Position numbers and translations under genes: made by a program. The notes beneath the pieces were generated by a model. That model saw nothing but the letters and a program-made list of their open reading frames with translations, searched no databases and was not told the DNA's origin. Positions 53,900 through 64,000 of a stretch of DNA of 64,000 nt are shown piece after piece; the first letter of the stretch is position 1; the number at the start of each line of letters is the position of its first letter. The stretch spans positions 8,360,213 to 8,424,212 of the forward strand of contig OZ234493.1 of assembly GCA_965153455.1 (NCBI GenBank), read 5' to 3'. This stretch comes from Sphagnum compactum (taxonomy: Eukaryota).

Positions 53900-54845
53900 A
53901 TCACCAATAGTTGTAATATAACATATAATAACATTAATGACCACCAATATCCACCAATAGAATATTCATCAATAGCCATTAATATAATAATCATTAATAA
54001 CCACCAATAATCACCAATAGAATATTCACCAATAGCCATTAATGTAATAATCATTAATAACTAGCAATATCCATAATAAAATATTCACCAATAGCCATTA
54101 ACAGGATAGCCACCAATAGCCATTGATAAAATAGCCACTAATAGCCATTAATAGAATAGCCACCAATAGCCATTAATAAAATAGTCACCAATAGCCATTG
54201 ATAGAATAGCCACTAATAGTCATTAATAGAATAGCCACCAATAGCCATTAATAAAATAGTCACCAATAGCCATTAATAGAATAGTCACCGATAGCCATTA
54301 ATAGAATAGTCATCAATAGCCATTAATAGAATAATCACTAATAGTCATTCATAAAATAGTCACCAATAGCCATTAATAGAATAACGACCAATAGTCATTA
54401 ATATAATAATCACCACTAGCCATTAAAAGAATAGCCACCAATAGTCATTAATAGAATAACTACTAATGGCCATTAATAAAATAGCCACCAATAGCCATTA
54501 ATAGAATAACCATCAATAGCCATTAATATAATAGCCACCAATAGACATTAATATAATAACCACCAATAGAATAACTACTAATGGCCATTAATAGAATAAT
54601 CACCAATAACCATTAATAGAATAACCACCAATATAATAACTACTAATGGCCAGTAATAAAATAGCCATCAATAGCCATTAATAGAATAGCCACCAATAGA
54701 ATAATACTAATGCCCATTAATAGAATAGCCACCAACAATTATTAATAGAATAACCATTAATAAGCATTAAATAACCACCAATAAAATTGGTACTATTAGC
54801 CATTAATAACCACCAATAGCCCTAATAAAAAATAAATCAATAGCC
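53900..54845. repeat. 25-bp minisatellite CACCAATAGCCATTAATAGAATAGC (roughly 30+ imperfect copies) inside the CACTA element
   Basis: Directly visible tandem array, flanked by degenerate AACCTAAGGTGAAATAA-type repeats. Confidence 0.9.
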
Positions 54846-55575
54846 GTATATTAGAATTGTTTAAGATTGCCAAAAATAATCTAGGGTGAAATAATTTATA
54901 ATAGACAAAAGTAACTTAAGGTGAAATAACCTATAATAACCTAGAATTGCCAATAATAACATAAGGTGAAATAACTTTCAATAGCCAAAAGTAATTTATA
55001 ATAGCTACAAGTAGTTTAAATTGAAATAATTTACAATAGCCAAAAATAACATAAAATAGCCAAAAAAACTTACAATAGCTGAAAATAACCTAAGGTGAAA
55101 TAAGCTAAAATAGCTAAAAGTAATTTAGAATAACCAAAAATAGCTTAAGGTGAAATAGCCAAAAATAACCAAAAGTAATTGAGAATAACCATAAATAGCT
55201 GTAAATAATGTAGGGTGAAATAGTTTAAATTAACGAAAAATAGTCATATAATAATTGAAAGTAGTTTAGCATAGGTAATATTATTATATTAACAAAAAAA
55301 ATCCATTTATTAAATTATTTTTTTTCCCAAAAGAATGGTCATTGAAATGTTATTGAATAATGATATTCAAATTTTTTTTTGTTCAAATGATTTTAAACTT
55401 TCAAACAAAAATTAATGTAATTATGTACATTATTGAAATTTAAAAAAAAGTAAACTTGAATCATTTCATTTCAAGAAAATTTCAATAAGATATGAATTTT
55501 CAAAGTTTATGTTTTTGTAATGTTTAAAATGAAATATTTGATAAATAGAATGTAATGTAACATATTACCACAACA

Positions 55576-55650
55576 AGTGGGGTGGCTTGATGGTAAGGGT
55601 GTTTGCTTCCATTCCAAAGGTCAAGGGATCAAACCTCATGAGTGGTGTTG
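55576..55650 (+). pseudogene. tRNA-derived sequence (SINE head or tRNA pseudogene)
   Basis: A-box TGGCTTGATGG (55583) and B-box-like GGATCAAACC (55626) at tRNA spacing. An anticodon-like arm TTTGC-TTCCATT-CCAAA is followed by GGTC. The acceptor stem does not pair. Confidence 0.55.
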
Positions 55651-56429
55651 TGTGTGGTCAACAATGGTATGTTGACTGAATATTCTCCTATTGAATTCCT
55701 AGAATAGGTGCCTAGGTTGACTACGTGGCCTACCTACCTACCTAGGCCAAGTTTTTAACCTAGCTTAGGTAGTGACACGTGTCAATAAATAAGTTAAAAA
55801 ATCATGAAATTTATCAATAATATTATATATTAAATAATTAAAATTTAATTGATTTACATGTTGGTTAGTTAATTAACTAGCAAGTGAATGGTTTGGTAAA
55901 TTTGTATTTCACTTGAGAGTAACCTTATTTCACTAGATATTAATGAAACGATTCATTGTCCGTAGCAACTAGTCCCTATTCACTAGGGGGTTAAACAATT
56001 TCATTAGGTAAAAATGTCCAAATTCACTCAAAATCTAGTGAAACCCAAAATGAACTAGGACGCATTTTGTAGTAGTGTTTGTATGTTGATGATTTAATTT
56101 TGGCCTCTAATGACTTGATTTTGTTAAAAGACAATCTTTCGAAGAAATTTAAAATGGTGGATCTAAATGAGATCCAATATTGTTTGGGGCTACAAATAAA
56201 TTGTATTTGACAAGACCGAGTGATTTATTTAAGCCAAAGCAAATACATTGGACGTATATTGAGACAATTTGGAATGGCTGAAAATAAATCAATATGAACT
56301 TCTTTTATGACCAATTGTATGTTTTTGAAGGATATGGGTATTTAAAATTATGCAAACTTGGAAGCAATGTGGGCTATCCCCTTTCAAAATGCTATCGGAA
56401 GCCTTATGTATGTAATGGTATGCACAAGA

Positions 56430-57197
56430 GGGTGAATGCATGCTATGGTGTACACAAAAAATAATCATAGTTTAACAATTTTTAGTATTTATTTGAGTTT
56501 CATGCATCATGGTGGAAAGTTGGAAAATAATTTTTCACTAAAATTTTGTAATAAATGATAGGTTATGTCTCAATCTAACATTATGTTGTGAAATCAATGC
56601 ACATATGAATGACATAATAATCCAACAACATATTATTTTGATTTGCAAAACCTTGCCACATTTTTGCAATTCCAACAAAAGGACTAAAAAGTAATACATT
56701 TAATGATAAATTTTCTATGAAATTTTACACATACATAAAAGAAACCATAAAAAACAATCTTTCCCGTCAAAGTTTTCAAAAAAATTTAATGTCGTGGAAT
56801 TTAAATCAAATGATTTTTAAGTGTTCATGCACTAATACATTATGGTATAATAATTTAATGATTATGAATTTTTTTCATTGAAAAATGTTCTTCCATTGAA
56901 TATTTACTTGGGATATTGTTTTTCTAATCATTTAACAAAAGTAAGATGAAGTTTTGAAGTTTTTTTAAAAAATTTAAAAACCTTTATCAAATTATTGGTG
57001 TACATTAACACAAATGTATCTATCTCAATTTCATATTCATTATTCTTATGACGTTTTTTTACTTTGAAACCCAAATCATTTATATGTGATCATTAAAATA
57101 ATTCAAAGTGAGTGAAATCCTATGTGTTGCTATTTTTTATACTATACGTAGTTCCAAATTCCCTTCAAATTGTGTACACCAAAATGTGCATTCACCC
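56430..57197. mobile_element. 768-bp non-autonomous TIR element with GGG...CCC termini and a 4-bp TSD (Sola2-like)
   Basis: 28-bp imperfect TIR GGGTGAATGCATGCTATGGTGTACACAA / TTGTGTACACCAAAATGTGCATTCACCC, with AAGA duplicated at 56426-56429 and 57198-57201. Excision restores the Copia RT VCTRP. Confidence 0.85.
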
Positions 57198-59859
57198 AAG
57201 ACCTTATATTACATAAGTAATGGGGGTTGTGAGCTAGTTTATGGCTAATCTTGGATAATCACAATAAATTGTAATGAAACGAATTTTTTGTTATCTGAAA
57301 GGCACGCACATTAATGAATTTTGGTCTATGTTTCAAAAGAAGCATCAAGGGTGTTATTATGGGCAAGGTGCTTTCTAACGAATATGTTAATTATAGCTAG
57401 GGCTAGGTGTGTTTTGAAAGGAATTTAAACCATAGTTGGGGTTCTAAAAGGAACATGAAAGGCCAGGCGCATTTTGATAAGAATGTAAACCATAATTAGG
57501 GCTAGGCACATTTTTCGTAAGTAATAACTTCAAAATTCATAAAAAATGGTGGGTGGTCAACACAAGTCTCAAGCTCTCTAATCCTAAAAAAACCTTTGAA
57601 GACGGTATGTTTGATTCCTCCAATTCTTGTGTTGCCTTCAATTATACTTTAAATTTTCATTGCAAGATGCTCCAAATTTTCTTTATTGTAAAATGTTGGG
57701 ACCTTATGTTAACATCAACTTTTTTCTATCAATAAACAAGAATTATTCAGTTTGAATTCCACATCCAATGACTTGTTCTATTTGTTATATTTTGTTTTTC
57801 AAACTATGATGAGTAGGGCCATGTTGCTTGTGTGTTCATACTTTTCAAACAAAAATTTGCAAAGATATCCAAAAGATTTCAAACTCAAGAAGGATGGGGA
57901 ATTGTGCCTTTCTAGGTTAGATATGACCACATATGATGTGTTGAAGAATAATGTTCATAAGCACAACCAACTTTTTTGAAGTGATGGTGCTCCATGGCAT
58001 GGAGCAAGAAATAAGGACTTTGTTTTAATACATGCCCTCATTTGGGCTTGTTATGTTTATGGAGACATTGTGGTGGATTTGATTACTAGTATAGATATGC
58101 TTCCATGTTTAATTGGGATTATCCTTTTATTCATCACTTGCAAATTTTTTTACCACGACTTACATAATTTTCTTTTGGTGATAGGAACATAGATTCAAGC
58201 ATGTCGCAATGAAAACAAACATGTTCTTGCATTGGAAGGAGACAAGGATATTTTTGACAACATTCTCAAGCCATTGGCTAATGAATGTCCAAATGACAAA
58301 CTTGATGAAAAACATGGTGACCTGGATCCCATGTTTTTGGATGACAATGACATTGGCCCTATAGTAGACCAAGGTCCCCTAGAACTCTTTTGTAAGTAAG
58401 TGCATTCTGAACTCCAAACCTTGTCATACACTCAATATTAAATAATATGTATTTTAATTTGCATGGTTTTCTATGTGTAGCAATGTGATGCCACCACGAT
58501 AGATATTACAATATTTTCATATTCAACATGGTTTTTTTTGTAGTGCCTCCAATAGCCCTTCACTTCCAATTTATGCAAAAGCCCGTGCTATTGTTTATGC
58601 TACTATACCTTCACCTTCCTCCTCCCCGGCTAGTTCTCCTTCACAAAGTGTTAGTGTTTTCCAATACATAGACAATGACGCCTTGGATTCTACCTTAGTA
58701 ATGATTCAAATGATAGGGGAAACTAAACTTCTAATTCTTTAATGTCCAATGGGTTGCCGAACTTTGCTTCTGACTTTCCATTAGGAGGTTGAAAATATAT
58801 TTATTTTCTTTGCCTTTAGAATAATTTGACTTCCAAACGTTATCACATAGTTTATTTCAATTTGGATTTTTTATTCCCAACTTCACTAATAGTTATGTTT
58901 GTTGCATTGGAAATTTGTCTCTACATACAAATCTCACATTGCATTCAGATAAACACAAAACATAACATCAATTGGCATTCCTTCTTGAACATCAATTGTT
59001 GATTCAACAAAGTGGAGTGTTTCATGGCTTGGAGTTACAAAATAATATTGTGTAGTTATCATTTGGGTTTTTTGTCAAATGTGTTGCCTTTTGTATGTTT
59101 ATTGACTCATCAATTTGGATGTTCTGTTGGCTTCATAATTCATAGTAGGAAAAATAATTTTGAACTCTATGATTAATGTTTTAATAATATTTTCAAGGGA
59201 TTAAATATGATGCCATATTTAAAATCCCTATTCAACCCAAAGGTCCATGGTCCGTAGGCAACTTCTTCATGCTAGTTCCAATGGAAAAAGTTGCAAGCCC
59301 ACAAAGTTGCTTTATTTTCCAAGTTTCAGTGATTGAGAGTTAAACTACTAATTTGATTTTTATCTTTTTTCTTCATCATAATTTCTAACTTAGAGTTTCA
59401 AATGGAGATCGCAAGTTCATTTTGATATCTATGCTTTGAGAACTTTCCAATGTTATAAATAATTTTTGATTGTACAAATTTTATCTCTTGCACTTTTTCC
59501 TCAAAAATTCAAAACAATCTCAATTCTTTTCTTTTTAGGCAATTTGGTCCTCTTATCTTCAAAAAAAATCTCTTTATCCCCAGGAAGGTGCTCTTCAAAG
59601 AACTTGATTGGAGCTACCACTTAGCCCTTTTCTCCTTTGGATTTCTCTTTAAGGAAGTTGATTTTTAGAGAAGGAAAATCCTTTTCTACTTAAGGAAGTT
59701 GAATTTCAAAAAACTTGGTTGGGGCTACCATTTAATGGCCTTCTCCTTGGGGAAGTTGTTCCCCAAGGAATTAACTTGAAGAACTTGCCTATACTCAACC
59801 ATGGCCATAGTCAACTATGGTTGACATTTTTTGAGGAGGATTTTCAAGAGTGAGAACAA

Positions 59860-60350
59860 GGTTCAAGCTAACACATTTGGATATTTTGATGGCACCCATG
59901 ACAAAAAGTTGTAGATGCCTAACTTTTTGAAATGGTGGGCTCTATTCACATCATGAAGGTCAATGGGGATTTGGTGGAGTGGGTCCAAACCTACCTCAAA
60001 GGTTATGCTTGAACATGTTGGAAGAAAGCTGAGCATGAAAGGGGAAAAATGCATCATTATTTGTGCAAGGAATTCAATGCATGTGTGGAGGAAAAGTTCA
60101 TCACAAAAAAATATGATAATACATTTTGAAGTGCAAGTGCAAGCTTTGGGACCTTGCAAATGCTTCCAATTGGACCAATGACAACCTATGCTAGAATGTG
60201 AAGGCTTAAGTTGAATTCATGTTGGAGATCAACCACATGCATGGGCTTAAGCCACATGCCACTTTGATGCTTTACCAACACAATAATTCTTTTGGTCGCA
60301 TCATACTTCTCAAACAAATCTTGGAGTCTCATTACCAAGGTGTCATTTCA
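59860..60350 (-). mobile_element. Possible decayed non-LTR retrotransposon fragment (CRE/RLE-type C-terminal region)
   Basis: Frameshifted minus-strand translation loosely resembles the RFG.P.P...CE...LGI...CHG zinc-knuckle region. The resemblance is weak. Confidence 0.3.
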
Positions 60351-61096
60351 CTAGCCTTGAAGAATTCAATGGAGACCAAAATATAAGGGCAATTTAGGGC
60401 ACACATATGTCGAATAATTAATTAAATTTGAAGATTCCATTTTTGAAATTTAAAATATTTTTTTGAAAAGATTCTTCAAAAAAATGTTCTTCAAAAAAAG
60501 TAATTTTTGTAACTTTAGATTTCTAAAAATACGTAATTTGTGTGAAAGTTAACAAGGTATTATGGTTGGGTTTTCTACCTGATTCAAAAACATTTTTTTT
60601 TGAAAAAAGTTCCAAAAAAAGCTCTTTGTAAGAGTTGTAGCCCCCAAAAAAAATTTCACATTTTGTTGAAATTTTGCAACCATTTTTTTTTAATAAAAAA
60701 AACCCCTATTTGAGTGCCAATTGACACAGACAAAGTTCAGGACCAATGAATGTACCCCAACCTTTGCAGCCACACTAGTGTCTTATTTTTCCAATTTCCT
60801 GATCGAGACAAGGTGGCCAGCAACCCCAAACAGATTTCGCCAGTTTGGCGACATTATTTCAAGGAACTCTTTTAAAACTGTGGCCAGTAGAAATAAATGT
60901 GGCGACTCCCTCCCCCGAAAAATAGATTTCTGGTCCTTTTAGGGCAATTAACCCCTCTTTTTCGCCTTTATAATGATTTAGCTGCCCTTTTAGAAAAATA
61001 GAAATCTGGCGATAATTCGCCCCTAAATTTATTTATTTTTAAAAGTTTTTAAAAACGCTGAGCCACACATAACTCGCACAGAACAGATGACCAGAG

Positions 61097-61182
61097 ATTA
61101 GGGTTTTCCCCGAATTAGGGTTAGGGTTAGAGCCACGTCGAAGCAAAAACTACTTTAGGGTTGAAGGCAATGCAAACCCTAG
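61097..61182. promoter_or_regulatory. Telo-box / interstitial telomere motif cluster
   Basis: TTAGGGTTT, TTAGGGTTAGGGTTAG, TTTAGGGTT and AAACCCTAG occur within 90 bp at an AT-rich to GC-richer transition. Confidence 0.55.
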
Positions 61183-63406
61183 AAGAAAGCTCATACGAGC
61201 CAGTTTCCGCTTTCAGAGACTAGAGAACCTCCGCGCCGCCTTAGTCTTCTTTACTTCCTTGGCCGCGTTTTTCAGCTATCGTGCGGGTAGTTACATCGTT
61301 GGAGATTACACTGACGTGCATTGCCTTCAGATGGTGTACCTTTAGTCTGGGCATCGCGAAATTTGACGGTGTTTTCTTCTTTTGTCCAAGGTCGTGGAAG
61401 CTCACATCTCGTGAATATCTCTCTCGCTATGGTAACTGCCATCATCTCTCTTTCGCTCAAAGCTCAGGGTTGTAACTGGCGGGGCAAGGATGTCATTTTC
61501 ACGGTCTTTGTTGCTTTTGTGATAAGCTTGCGGTTGTAACATCATTGTCGACGGATGGGATGCCCATGCGAAGGCGATTCTTGCTGCATATGCGACGATT
61601 TATAATTCGTCTCTTTGCAAACGGATTCTAATCATACATAGAGCAAGATCACCTCCTGTAGTGGAGAGAGAGAGAGAGGGTTTGAGGATGTGTTGTGAGG
61701 ATTGTGCATAAAAGCAGCTTTCTGACACCTCTTGTATGAAAGCACGGCCTGCTCGCTGAACGGGGATGCGTTTTACTGGGCACACCATCAATTACATCTA
61801 CACGTCTTGTTGAGCAAGTTCACTCTGTCAGAGTCTTTTTTCTTGACTTCTGGCAATTTTTTCACTTGCCATAACGAAATTCCAATGCATTTATCCATCA
61901 CCTCCACTGTGATTCATTCATGATGATGCTGGTGAACTTTTATGTTGGATACATCTCGCCTGGCTGAATTGCAACTGGCATACATATTCTTGTACTCCAG
62001 TGAGTGTTAGTGTCTCTGTCTTACAGTACGCCATTCCATAGTGTGCTCCTATGTTATGCTGTGAAAGGCTTGAAACAAGTGCAGTGTGGGATTAGAAACC
62101 CTACAATTGAAGCAAAGCTCATTTTGCCATTTGCCCCTGTCTACAGTACACACCATATAGTGTGGCCCCTTGTTTGTGAAAGGGCCTGAAACAAGTGTGG
62201 GATTAGGAGCCTGGTGATTGAAGCAAGCTCATTTTGCCATTTGTTTGCATCTACCACTTACGGTTGTAAAAGCAACTTCTATGACTTGCAAGAGAGTTTC
62301 TTCCAGCTCACTCACCCACCCTGATCCATGATGGTTGTGGGCCTTGAGATTGTGAACATGAATATCTCCATTTTCTTTCAGCCAATTCCAAAAACAATGG
62401 AATAAGATAAACTCATCTTTGTCCTCCTCTCTCCAAACACAAAGATACAGGCTCTCTCTTTTTCTGGATCCAAATAGAGTCTGTTGTATAGCCTCCTGTG
62501 TTGACAAAGTGTATGTGAGCATCAAGTTGCTACACACCAGTGTTGGGAAGTTCTTTGATTTTGATAATAACTGCTGGATTGGGACCGGCTCAGTAAGCTA
62601 GGTGAATGAGTTTCTTCCACAAGGTGCAATAAGCCAGGTCTTTATTAACATAGCTTTTGCAAAAACTTTTCCTTTTGGTAAATGCTAAGGGTGTTCAATT
62701 GAGAACATTCTGAAACTCTAGTGCTTACAACGGGCATTTACCAGTACCTGCATTGTTTGTGAGCCAATGCTCAGTAAAGTGGCTATTCTTGGTTCATAGC
62801 TTCCAATATGCTGGTCGTTCTGGCCAGATTCCTCAGCATGTCATTCGACACGAGCTGCTATGGTTAACGCTGGGTCTGCCCAAATTCCCCAACATGATTT
62901 GGGACAAGAGCTGCCATCAATAGCTACAAACATAGCTATAATGTTCATCAAAGCCAGTGTGGCCTGGCCAGTATTGTGCGCTGCCAGTAGACACAGATGG
63001 GTTCAAAATTAATAGAGAAATAAAATCCACATAACTATACTACTTCACAGCCGGACATGTAGCTTAAAGTTAATATGTTACAGTTTCACTTGCATCCTCA
63101 CTGTTTCTGCAATGAGGTTATTGCCCAGAACACAAGTTGGGGCTTATACATCGGGCAAGACATCAGTGTGTACCTTTTGCACAAAGAACAACCTTTCCTG
63201 TCTGGAAGTGAAATGACAGCATTCTCTTATCCATGTACACCTCATGAGGATAAGGAGGCAGTTGTCAGTAACTGAAAGCTTCACAAAGGTGCTGCTGTAC
63301 ATGTTATCAGAATGACATTTCTACCATGAATAGCAGCTCTCTATAAAGTAGTTAACTACTCTACAACCAGGGAATGCAACCAACAAATAGCTAATAATCC
63401 AGGAGT

Positions 63407-63919
63407 TTACAGTCTGAGACCAAGATAATTTAAGACAATTCCTGTGACTGACCTGCAAAAAAACAATTGAGAGAAACTCTTCAAGTGAATGTGTGAAGAA
63501 TGCTCTGGAGCAATCGTAAAGAAATTACTAATACTAAGAGAGAACTGAAAACGTACAAAAAAGCAACTCCATTAATTTATTATAAGGCCTTCAAAGGTCC
63601 TGTGAGGAAATAATGATGATCATCAACAGCCTACAAACTACACACCCATGCCCAATTGAGCCTTCACAAGCAGGTAATCCACTTATGATTCATCACGGAT
63701 GCATGGCCATACATAATACCAGCAAGACCCGATTCCAACCTTTCTCCCATATATATCACACTCAAATGACTCACAACGCTTGCAACCTCCCGTTTCTCTC
63801 TTTTAACTTTCACCTGTACAGATTCGTGGCACTTTCAACGAGGCTCCAGCCAGTGGAGATGAAGTGGCCTTGGGCCAAAATTTCAGTCTTGCACCTCCCC
63901 TTGCAGATAGGTAGGGAGC
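63407..63919 (-). CDS. 3' end (last two coding exons) of an unidentified protein gene that continues beyond the window
   Basis: Exons 63919-63814 (TTTTTAG acceptor, AG|GTGAAA donor) and 63452-63407 (TTTTTTTGCAG acceptor) join in phase as SLPICKGRCKTEILAQGHFISTGWSLVESATNLYRSVTGIVLNYLGLRL*. Confidence 0.55.
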
Positions 63920-64000
63920 CTAAAAACTAGTGCCTTGATTGAGAAACATATGTGTTCTATTTTTTATTTGCCGATACATTCAGAAGCAACCTGCCCTGCC

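Larger units (their letters stand above)
53254..56077. mobile_element. Non-autonomous CACTA (En/Spm) DNA transposon, 2824 bp
   Basis: Perfect 13-bp TIR CACTACTACAAAA / TTTTGTAGTAGTG, 3-bp TSD TTT (53251-53253 and 56078-56080), and subterminal TTCACTAG-like repeats. Excision restores the Copia RT frame [14 protein letters not shown]. Confidence 0.92.
49937..57395 (+). mobile_element. Decayed Ty1/Copia LTR retrotransposon (pseudogenised gag-pol) carrying two nested DNA transposons
   Basis: LTR end CCAACA at 50188, followed by the tRNA-iMet PBS TGGTATCTGAGC. Gag EKLNGKNFHTWKMKME; zinc knuckle CYNCGTKGH; protease AWFVDFRASEH; integrase DLCG/YFLTLIDDFS/DGSGEY/PYTPEHNG; RT CKWIFKIK, LVAKGFTQ, HQMDVK, LYGLKQSP, LYVDDL, GSLMYVMVCTRP and KRIFCYLKGT. 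Many stops and frameshifts. No RNase H or 3' LTR was recognised, and the LTR start is approximate. Confidence 0.9.

Noticed and set aside
55576-55650. Functional tRNA-Trp gene
   Set aside because: The acceptor and T stems do not pair and the T-loop lacks TTC.
61097-61400. Telomerase RNA gene
   Set aside because: AAACCCTA gives only about 8 nt of template, there is no clear USE+TATA promoter, and no conserved plant telomerase RNA motifs were recognised.
61920-61970. Definite C/D snoRNA call
   Set aside because: The boxes are present, but the span is only about 50 nt and no convincing rRNA/snRNA complementarity was found by eye. It is kept only as part of a broader candidate.

Overview
Eukaryotic, intron-rich plant DNA. 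A bryophyte such as Sphagnum is my inference from the gene style and repeats; it is not proven. Four complete protein genes can be reconstructed by hand: an intronless F-box/kelch-type gene (+); an 18-exon SDR+MDR oxidoreductase fusion ending in the peroxisomal signal SRL (-); a 4-exon cyanase with a GC-AG first coding intron (+); and a 7-exon receptor-like cytoplasmic kinase with HGD and NFG motifs, probably a pseudokinase (-). The last two exons of an unidentified minus-strand gene lie at the right edge. Between the gene islands are AT-rich transposon graveyards. These hold a decayed Copia element whose RT is split by a CACTA element (13-bp TIR, TTT TSD, carrying a 25-bp satellite and a tRNA-derived head) and by a 768-bp GGG...CCC TIR element with a 4-bp TSD (Sola2-like). 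There are also two solo LTRs of one family, a non-autonomous Helitron, several MITE/foldback elements and promoter-proximal tandem arrays. A telo-box-headed, structured, apparently non-coding region containing a 16-codon Cys-rich micro-ORF lies near 61-62 kb. No CRISPR array, rRNA or intact tRNA was found. All calls come from manual reading, with no database searches.
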